Source: Neisseria mucosa
Lineage (GTDB): Bacteria > Pseudomonadota > Gammaproteobacteria > Burkholderiales > Neisseriaceae
Direction: 5' to 3'
DNA: 32,000 nt
NCBI GenBank assembly: GCA_003028315.1
Contig: CP028150.1
Location: 332,745 to 364,744, forward strand
Shown here: piece by piece, positions 25,565 through 32,000 of the stretch
Layout: every line of letters starts with the position of its first letter
Position numbering within the stretch: the stretch's first letter is position 1
The notes under the pieces: model-generated
What the model was told of the DNA's origin: nothing
Database searches by the model: none
The model's input: only the letters and a program-made list of their open reading frames with translations
Made by a program: the position numbers and the translations under genes

Positions 25565-26668
25565 ATGGACATTACTCAACAACCTTCAAATATCATCGTC
25601 GGACTCTCCGGCGGTGTCGATTCCTCCGTAACCGCCGCCTTGCTCAAACAGCAGGGTTACCAAGTGCGCGGTGTATTTATGCAAAACTGGGAGGACGACG
25701 ACAATGACGAATATTGCAGCATCAAGCAAGACTCTTTCGATGCCATTGCCGTCGCCGACATCATCGGCATAGACATCGACATCGTCAATTTTGCCGCCCA
25801 ATACAAAGACAACGTATTCGCCTATTTCCTCAAAGAATACAGCGCGGGGCGCACGCCGAATCCGGATGTGTTGTGTAACGCCGAAATCAAATTCAAATGC
25901 TTTTTGGACTACGCCATAGAGCAGGGCGCGGATACCATTGCCACCGGACACTATGCGCGCAAAGAAGTCCGCAACGGCACTCATTACCTGCTCAAAGGTT
26001 TGGATCAAAACAAAGACCAAAGCTATTTCCTCTACCGCCTCAAGCCTTTCCAACTCGAGCGCGCGATTTTCCCATTGGGCGGTTTGGAAAAACCTGAAGT
26101 CCGTCGCCTTGCCGCCGAATTCAATTTGCCGACTGCCGCCAAAAAAGACAGTACCGGCATCTGCTTCATCGGCGAACGTCCGTTCCGCGAGTTCCTGCAA
26201 AAATACCTGCCGACCAACAACGGCAAAATGGTCACGCCCGAAGGCAAAACCGTCGGCGAACACGTCGGGCTGATGTTCTACACGCTCGGACAGCGCAAAG
26301 GATTGGGCATCGGCGGCGCAGGCGAGCCGTGGTTTGTCGCTGCGAAGGATTTGACGAAAAACGAACTCATCGTCGTACAAGGTCATGACCATCCGCTGCT
26401 CTATACCCGCAGCCTCGTCATGAACGATTTGAGTTTCACCCTGCCCGAACGCCCGAAAGAAGGGCGCTACACCTGCAAAACCCGCTACCGCATGGCGGAC
26501 GCGCCCTGTGAATTGCGTTATCTTGATGATGAAACGGTCGAGCTGGTGTTTGACGAACCGCAATGGGCGGTAACGCCCGGTCAATCCGCCGTGCTGTACG
26601 ACGGCGATGTCTGCTTGGGCGGCGGCATTATCATGTCCACCGACAAGCCCGTTATTATTACCGCTTGA
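25565..26668 (+). CDS. mnmA: tRNA-specific 2-thiouridylase (tRNA U34 2-thiolation)
   Basis: 367 aa. PP-loop [36 protein letters not shown]. Confidence 0.95.
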   Translation: MDITQQPSNIIVGLSGGVDSSVTAALLKQQGYQVRGVFMQNWEDDDNDEYCSIKQDSFDAIAVADIIGIDIDIVNFAAQYKDNVFAYFLKEYSAGRTPNPDVLCNAEIKFKCFLDYAIEQGADTIATGHYARKEVRNGTHYLLKGLDQNKDQSYFLYRLKPFQLERAIFPLGGLEKPEVRRLAAEFNLPTAAKKDSTGICFIGERPFREFLQKYLPTNNGKMVTPEGKTVGEHVGLMFYTLGQRKGLGIGGAGEPWFVAAKDLTKNELIVVQGHDHPLLYTRSLVMNDLSFTLPERPKEGRYTCKTRYRMADAPCELRYLDDETVELVFDEPQWAVTPGQSAVLYDGDVCLGGGIIMSTDKPVIITA

Positions 26669-26682
26669 ATAAAAAAGATAAA

Positions 26683-26735
26683 AGGTCGTCTGAAAACCAT
26701 TACAGCAGGTTTGTTCCCGTCTTTTCAGACGACCT
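26683..26735. terminator. Inverted DUS pair hairpin after mnmA
   Basis: AGGTCGTCTGAA (26683-26694) pairs with TTCAGACGACCT (26724-26735). No clear T-run. Confidence 0.5.
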
Positions 26736-26773
26736 CAAGACAACCATAAAACCAACGAAACAAGACTATTTAT

Positions 26774-28447
26774 ATGGAAAAACTCTGGCTCAACAGCTAC
26801 GAACAAGGCGTCAATGCCGAAATCGACATCACGCAATACAGCTCGATCAGCGACGTATTCCGTCAAAGCGTTGAAAAATTCGCGCACCAACCCGCGTTTC
26901 AAAACATGGGCAAAACGCTCACTTACGCCGAGGTCGGCAAGCTGGCGGAAAATTTCGCCTCCTATCTGCAAAACGTCCTGAAGTTGCCGCGCGGCGAGCG
27001 CGTGGCGATTATGCTGCCCAACCTGCTGCAATACCCGATTGCGCTTTTCGGCATCCTGCAGGCGGGGCTGGTGGCGGTAAACACCAATCCGCTCTACACC
27101 CCGCGCGAGCTGGAGCATCAGTTGAAAGACAGCGGCGCGACCACTATCATCGTTTTGGAAAATTTTGCCAACACGCTGGAGCTGGTGCTGCCGCGCACGC
27201 AAATCAAACACGTCATCGTCGCTTCTGTCGGAGAAATGTTCGGCTTCTTCAAAGGCACGCTGATGAATTTCGTGCTGCGCAAAATCAAAAAAATGGTGCC
27301 CGAATACCGTATTTCCGGCGCCATCCCTTTTCAGACGACCCTGAAAGAAGGTGCAGCGCATACCTTCCGCCCCGTTACCCTGACCCGCGAAGATACCGCG
27401 CTGTTGCAATATACGGGCGGCACGACCGGTGTGGCAAAAGGCGCCGTCCTCAGCCACGGCAACATCTGCGCCAATATGCTGCAGGCGAAAGAATGGATTA
27501 AGAACCAACTGCGCGAAGGTAAAGAAACCGTCATCGCCGCGTTGCCGCTTTACCACATCTTCGCCCTGACGGTGAACCTGATGATTTTCACCAACGCCGG
27601 TTCCAAAATCATCCTGATTACCAACCCGCGCGACATGAAAGGCTTTATCGGCGAACTCAAAAAAGAGCGCATCAGCGTCTTCATCGGCGTGAACACTTTG
27701 TTTAACGGCATGGTCAACCAACCCGATTTCGCCGCCGTCGATTTCTCCAACCTGCGCCTGACTTTGGGCGGCGGCATGGCGACTCAAAAAGCCGTCGCCG
27801 AAAAATGGAAAAAAATCACCGGCACGCCCATCGTTGAAGCCTACGGCCTGACCGAAGCCAGCCCCGGCGTGTGCTGCAACCCGCTCAATATCGAAGCATA
27901 CAGCGGCGGCATCGGATTGCCCGTTCCCTCCACCGAAGTCGAATTGCGCGATGCGGACGGCAAGGAAGTCGGCATCGGACAGCCGGGCGAACTTTGGGTG
28001 CGCGGCCCGCAAGTGATGAAAGGCTATTGGAACCGCCCCGAAGAAACCGCCAAAACCATAGACGCGCGCGGCTTTTTGGAAACCGGCGACATCGCCGTCA
28101 TGGACGAAAAAGGCTGGTTGAAACTGGTTGACCGCAAAAAAGACCTCATCGTCGTTTCCGGTTTCAATGTTTATCCGAACGAAATCGAAGAAGTCGTTTC
28201 ACACAACGATAAAGTCATGGAAGTCGCCTGTATCGGCGTGCCCAACGAAAAAACAGGCGAAGCTCTCAAAGTCTTCGTCGTCAAAAAAGATCCGAGCCTG
28301 ACCAAAGAAGAACTCATCGAATTCTGCCGTACCGAGCTGACCGCTTATAAAGTGCCGAAAGACATCGAGTTCCGCGACGAACTGCCCAAGTCCAACGTCG
28401 GCAAAATCCTGCGCCGCGAGCTTCGCGAACAAGCGCAAAACAAATAA
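26774..28447 (+). CDS. fadD: Long-chain fatty acid-CoA ligase (AMP-forming)
   Basis: 557 aa. AMP-binding signature LQYTGGTTGVAKGAVLSH, EAYGLTE, TGDIAVMDEKGWLKLVDRKKD, FadD-type C-terminus PKSNVGKILRRELR. Confidence 0.88.
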   Translation: MEKLWLNSYEQGVNAEIDITQYSSISDVFRQSVEKFAHQPAFQNMGKTLTYAEVGKLAENFASYLQNVLKLPRGERVAIMLPNLLQYPIALFGILQAGLVAVNTNPLYTPRELEHQLKDSGATTIIVLENFANTLELVLPRTQIKHVIVASVGEMFGFFKGTLMNFVLRKIKKMVPEYRISGAIPFQTTLKEGAAHTFRPVTLTREDTALLQYTGGTTGVAKGAVLSHGNICANMLQAKEWIKNQLREGKETVIAALPLYHIFALTVNLMIFTNAGSKIILITNPRDMKGFIGELKKERISVFIGVNTLFNGMVNQPDFAAVDFSNLRLTLGGGMATQKAVAEKWKKITGTPIVEAYGLTEASPGVCCNPLNIEAYSGGIGLPVPSTEVELRDADGKEVGIGQPGELWVRGPQVMKGYWNRPEETAKTIDARGFLETGDIAVMDEKGWLKLVDRKKDLIVVSGFNVYPNEIEEVVSHNDKVMEVACIGVPNEKTGEALKVFVVKKDPSLTKEELIEFCRTELTAYKVPKDIEFRDELPKSNVGKILRRELREQAQNK

Positions 28448-28454
28448 CACCGAA

Positions 28455-28493
28455 AGGTCGTCTGAAAAGCATCCCGCACCTTTCAGACGACCT
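28455..28493. terminator. Inverted DUS pair hairpin after fadD
   Basis: AGGTCGTCTGAA (28455-28466) pairs with TTCAGACGACCT (28482-28493). Confidence 0.6.
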
Positions 28494-28515
28494 TTAATCA
28501 TCATGGAAACAAGAT

Positions 28516-29496
28516 ATGACCCATACCGTCCATCTTCAATTTGAAGACATCGACAACACCGTCCTCCAACGCCTCTGCGGCGCGCTCGACGGCAACCTCG
28601 AAGCCTTGGGCAAAGCCCTCGATATCCAAATCAGCCGCCGCTTCGAACACTTCACCTTCATGGGCGAACTCGCCCACGCCGGCCGCCGCGCCTTGCTCGC
28701 GCTGGCCGAAGCCGCCGAACAAGGCGATTTGGACGACAACGCCATCCGCCTCGCTGCCGTCGAAGCCAAAACCGCCGACGAGAAACACGAAGAAAAACAC
28801 CACGACCAACAATATTATTTCCGCACCAAACGCGGCAGCATAGGCGGGCGTACACCGCGCCAAAACGGCTACATCCGCGCCTTGTTAAACCACGACGTCG
28901 TCTTCGGGTTGGGCCCCGCGGGTACGGGTAAAACCTATCTCGCCGTCGCCGCCGCCGTCGATGCTATGGAAAAACACCAAATCGAGCGCATCGTCCTCGT
29001 CCGCCCCGCCGTCGAAGCAGGCGAAAAACTCGGCTTCCTGCCCGGCGATTTGGCGCAAAAAGTCGACCCCTACCTGCGCCCGCTTTACGACGCGCTCTAC
29101 GACCTGATGGGCTTCGACCGCGTGACCAAACTGATGGAAAAAGGCCTGATTGAAATCGCCCCGCTCGCCTACATGCGCGGCCGCACGCTCAACGGAGCGT
29201 ATGTGATTCTGGACGAAGCGCAAAACACCACGCCCGAACAGATGAAAATGTTCCTGACCCGCATCGGCTTCGGCGCAAAAGCCGTCATCACCGGCGACAT
29301 CAGCCAAATCGACCTTCCGCGCAACATCAAATCCGGCTTGAAAGACGCCCGCGAAAAACTGCGCGACGTGGAAGGGCTGTATTTCCACACCTTCACCAGC
29401 GAAGACGTCGTCCGTCACCCGTTGGTACAGAAAATTGTGGAAGCGTATGAAGCGGCAGAAGAGCAAGCCGAAAGAAGCAGCGCCGCCGAACGGTAA
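28516..29496 (+). CDS. phoH: PhoH-family ATPase (YbeZ-like)
   Basis: 326 aa. Walker [16 protein letters not shown], Walker [21 protein letters not shown]. Confidence 0.9.
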   Translation: MTHTVHLQFEDIDNTVLQRLCGALDGNLEALGKALDIQISRRFEHFTFMGELAHAGRRALLALAEAAEQGDLDDNAIRLAAVEAKTADEKHEEKHHDQQYYFRTKRGSIGGRTPRQNGYIRALLNHDVVFGLGPAGTGKTYLAVAAAVDAMEKHQIERIVLVRPAVEAGEKLGFLPGDLAQKVDPYLRPLYDALYDLMGFDRVTKLMEKGLIEIAPLAYMRGRTLNGAYVILDEAQNTTPEQMKMFLTRIGFGAKAVITGDISQIDLPRNIKSGLKDAREKLRDVEGLYFHTFTSEDVVRHPLVQKIVEAYEAAEEQAERSSAAER

Positions 29497-29512
29497 ACGA
29501 TGAGGTTAAAAA

Positions 29513-29553
29513 AGGTCGTCTGAAAACCTGAAATACGGGTTTTCAGACGACCT
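29513..29553. terminator. Bidirectional inverted DUS pair terminator between phoH and spoT
   Basis: AGGTCGTCTGAA (29513-29524) pairs with TTCAGACGACCT (29542-29553), with T-runs on both strands. Confidence 0.7.
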
Positions 29554-29597
29554 TTTTATGTTTTAGAGCAGATTCAATTTAAATCGATACCGTCCCG

Positions 29598-31754
29598 TTA
29601 GCTTCGGACCACTTTGCGCACTTGGGGAATGGCGTGCAGGTTGTGAATAATTTGGTTGATTTGCGCCAAGTCCTTCACTTTGATGATGAACTTGAATTCG
29701 ACAAAGCCTTCCGTACCTGCCAGCGCTTTGTTGGGGGTTTCGACGGACTCGATATCTGCGCCGGAGTTAGAGATGGCTTGCGCCATAAGGGCGAGCAGGC
29801 CGTGGGCATCTTCGGACTGGATGCTGAGTCCGGTGCGGTAGGTATGGCTGCCTATTCCTTCCCAGTTCGCATCAAGCTGCTGTTCAGGGTCGGATTTGAG
29901 CAGGGTCGGACAGGTATCGCGGTGAATAATCATGCCTTTGTCTTTGACCAAAAGGGCGCGGACGGAATCGCCCGGGACGGGGTGGCAACATTCGGCAAAA
30001 TGGATGCGGCCGGTTTCTTGGTCGTTGACTTTGATGGGGCTGAGTTTGACTTCGCTGCCGAAGTGCTGCCCTGCCAGTTCGGCGATGTGCATGGCGACGT
30101 ACACGGGCAGGGTATGCCCCATGCCGACGTTGTAGAGGACTTCTTCAAACGAGGTTTGTTTGTCGTTGAGGTCGGCGAGGTATTTTTCTTTGAGGTCGTC
30201 TGAAAGCAATACGTCTTTGGGCAACAGGCTGGACAGGGCTTTTTGCAGGAGGTTTTCGCCGAGGACGATGGCGTCGTGACGGTTGAGGTTTTTGACGTAT
30301 TGGCGGATGGCGCTGCGCGCACGGCTGGAAACGGTGAAATTCAGCCATGCCGGATTGGGCTTGGCGTGTTCGGATGTGATGATTTCAACGGAATCGCCGG
30401 TTTTGAGTTTGGTGCGCAGGGGCATCATGGTGTTGTTGATGCGGGCGGCAACGGTTTTGTGGCCGATGTCGGTGTGAACGGCGTAGGCGAAGTCTATGGG
30501 CGTCGATCCTTTAGGCAGGGTGAGGATTTTGCCTTTAGGTGTCAGGATGTAGACTTCGTTGGGGAACAGGTCGACTTTGACGTGTTCGAGGAATTCGATG
30601 GCGTTCGCGCTGCTGGCTTGCAAATCGAGGATGTTTTTAAGCCATTGGTTGGTATGGAGGACGGCTTGATCGACGGTATTTTCGCCGGATTTGTATATCC
30701 AGTGGCCGGCGATGCCGCCTTCGGCTACGGCATCCATTTCGCGCGTGCGGATTTGGACTTCAATCGGCAAGCCGTATGGGCCGACCAGGGTCGTGTGCAG
30801 GCTTTGGTAGCCGTTGCTTTTCGGGATGGCGATATAGTCTTTGAAGCGGCCGGGTTTGGGCTGATAGAGATTGTGCAGCGCGCCCAGTGCGGCGTAACAC
30901 GCGGGAATGCTGTTGACGATGACGCGGAATCCGTAAATGTCCATGACTTCGGCAAATCGCAATTTTTTCGCCAACATTTTTTGATGGATGCTGTACAGGT
31001 TTTTTTCCCTGCCTTTGATTTTGGCTTCGATGTTCGCGCCGACCAAACGCTGACTGAAGGCGCGCAAAACTTTGCCGACGACATCGCGGCGGTTTTTGCG
31101 GCTGTTGTCCATCGCTTTTTTAAGGGTTTCGTAGCGGTTCGGGTGAAGGTTTTGAAACGATAAATCTTGAAGCTCTTGGTAGGCGTTGTTCAAGCCGATG
31201 CGGTTGGCGATTTGGGCGTAGATTTCGAGGGTTTCTTTAGCGATACGGCGGCGTTTGTCGGGACGCATGGAGCCGAGCGTGCGCATATTGTGCAGGCGGT
31301 CGGCGAGTTTGACGACGATCACGCGCACGTCTTTGGTCATGGCGAGGATGAGCTTGCGGAAACTTTCCGCCTGATGCTCGGCATGATCTTCAAATTTGAG
31401 TTTTTCGAGTTTGGAAAGTCCGTCCACCATCTCGGAGATGGTTTCGCCGAACTCTGCCGCCATTTCGATTTTGGATACGCCCGTGTCTTCGAGTACGTCG
31501 TGCATTACGCCCGCGCACAAACCTTGTATGTCCATGTGCCACAACGCAAGTTGCGTGGCGACGGCAAGGGGGTGGGTAATGTAGGGTTCGCCGCTTTTAC
31601 GGGTTTGTCCGTCATGGGCGTGAAAGGCGTAGGCGACGGCTTTTTCAAGCTCGGCCTGTTCGGATGGGCTGAGATAGGAGGCGGTACGGAACAAAAGTTC
31701 GCGTGCTTCGGCAGTCAGCGCGTCGTAGGGGGCAGTGGGCTGGGGGGCGGGCAT
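29598..31754 (-). CDS. spoT: Bifunctional (p)ppGpp synthetase/hydrolase
   Basis: Open from 31826. I prefer the ATG at 31754 (MPAPQPTAPYDAL...). HD hydrolase motifs HDGQTRKSGEPYITHPLAV and HDVLEDT, synthetase domain YQSLHTTL, TGS and ACT-like C-terminus. Lies directly downstream of rpoZ as in other proteobacteria. Confidence 0.92.
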   Translation of the reverse strand: MPAPQPTAPYDALTAEARELLFRTASYLSPSEQAELEKAVAYAFHAHDGQTRKSGEPYITHPLAVATQLALWHMDIQGLCAGVMHDVLEDTGVSKIEMAAEFGETISEMVDGLSKLEKLKFEDHAEHQAESFRKLILAMTKDVRVIVVKLADRLHNMRTLGSMRPDKRRRIAKETLEIYAQIANRIGLNNAYQELQDLSFQNLHPNRYETLKKAMDNSRKNRRDVVGKVLRAFSQRLVGANIEAKIKGREKNLYSIHQKMLAKKLRFAEVMDIYGFRVIVNSIPACYAALGALHNLYQPKPGRFKDYIAIPKSNGYQSLHTTLVGPYGLPIEVQIRTREMDAVAEGGIAGHWIYKSGENTVDQAVLHTNQWLKNILDLQASSANAIEFLEHVKVDLFPNEVYILTPKGKILTLPKGSTPIDFAYAVHTDIGHKTVAARINNTMMPLRTKLKTGDSVEIITSEHAKPNPAWLNFTVSSRARSAIRQYVKNLNRHDAIVLGENLLQKALSSLLPKDVLLSDDLKEKYLADLNDKQTSFEEVLYNVGMGHTLPVYVAMHIAELAGQHFGSEVKLSPIKVNDQETGRIHFAECCHPVPGDSVRALLVKDKGMIIHRDTCPTLLKSDPEQQLDANWEGIGSHTYRTGLSIQSEDAHGLLALMAQAISNSGADIESVETPNKALAGTEGFVEFKFIIKVKDLAQINQIIHNLHAIPQVRKVVRS

Positions 31755-31862
31755 TTCAGACGGCCTTCGGTGTGTGTTTTGTTTTGAGCCGTCAGACTGT
31801 ATCGGTCGGATGTCGCGCCGATACAATCCGCGCGGCGGTTGGGCAGGTTTTGCCTGCCGGTA

Positions 31863-32000
31863 TTATTTGTTGCGTGTCAGCAGTTCGGTACCGATTTGAC
31901 CGGCGGCGATTTCGCGCAGGGCGGTAACGGTCGGCTTGTTGTTGCGGATGTCGTCAACCATAGGGGCGTTGCCGTTTTCAAGCTGGCGTGCGCGACGGGC
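31863..32000 (-). CDS. rpoZ: RNA polymerase omega subunit, C-terminal 45 codons (5' end beyond the right edge)
   Basis: Hand translation of the reverse strand gives [45 protein letters not shown]-stop (TAA at 31865-31863). Not in the ORF track because it has no start inside the window. Confidence 0.85.
   Translation of the reverse strand, partial: ARRARQLENGNAPMVDDIRNNKPTVTALREIAAGQIGTELLTRNK

Noticed and set aside
26735-28012. 425-aa minus-strand ORF opposite fadD. Similar long antisense ORFs: 23143..24141 (gshB), 25586..26584 (mnmA), 22129..23004 (recN), 20595..21257 (ackA), 7300..7965 (rpoH), 30243..31163 and 31167..31787 (spoT), 9545..10153 (upp), 5450..6103 (lnt)
   Set aside because: All lie exactly opposite strongly motif-supported genes and translate to Ala/Gly/Arg/Phe-rich junk. 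This is typical of GC3-biased genomes, where the antisense frame lacks stops.
31755-31826. 24-codon N-terminal extension of spoT in the track. Similar 5' extensions affect trpA 3887-3985, DUF808 4169-4231, lnt 5132-5179, rpsU 8797-8934, upp 9515-9595, coat 11608-11673, gshB 23155-23187, dgkA 24280-24297 and PCu(A)C 24818-24883.
   Set aside because: The extensions run through terminators, DUS or promoter regions. Internal ATGs with SD sequences give N-termini that match the known families.

Overview
This is a chromosomal segment of a Neisseria species. By eye I count roughly three dozen copies of GTCGTCTGAA/TTCAGACGAC, usually extended to AGGTCGTCTGAA, the mucosa/sicca-type dialect of the neisserial DNA uptake sequence (DUS). 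Most sit as inverted pairs that form the terminators of housekeeping genes. Genes left to right: nosR (5' part, cut by the left edge and so absent from the ORF track; FNR-type promoter), accD, trpA, a DUF808 membrane protein, lnt, rpoH, a yqeY-like gene, rpsU, grxD and upp. The only accessory region follows (10.27-17.16 kb). After it come a small conserved gene, an LplT-like MFS transporter, ccoS, a hypothetical, ackA, recN, gshB, dgkA, a PCu(A)C copper chaperone, mnmA, a fadD-like acyl-CoA ligase, a phoH-like ATPase, spoT and the 3' end of rpoZ (cut by the right edge, also absent from the track). The accessory region is a complete, DUS-free, ~6.7-kb filamentous (Inovirus, Nf/MDA-type) prophage. 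It encodes an HUH Rep, an ssDNA-binding protein, a major coat protein, a minor protein, a mosaic TspB/pIII-like adsorption protein, a pVI-position protein, a Zot/pI ATPase and a low-GC 63-aa membrane ORF. These are followed by a 362-nt highly structured non-coding region and an IS110/Piv-family DEDD recombinase. The prophage is bounded by a duplicated GACCTT (CT core, phage end CTTATAT) that overlaps the 3' extension of the upp DUS terminator. A 107-bp Correia element follows it. The most interesting hypothesis is that the structured region 5' of the recombinase encodes a bridge/seek-type guide RNA that programmes phage integration. It carries short reverse-complement copies of both junction right halves and forward copies of both left halves. 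Many long ORFs in the track are antisense shadows of the real genes.
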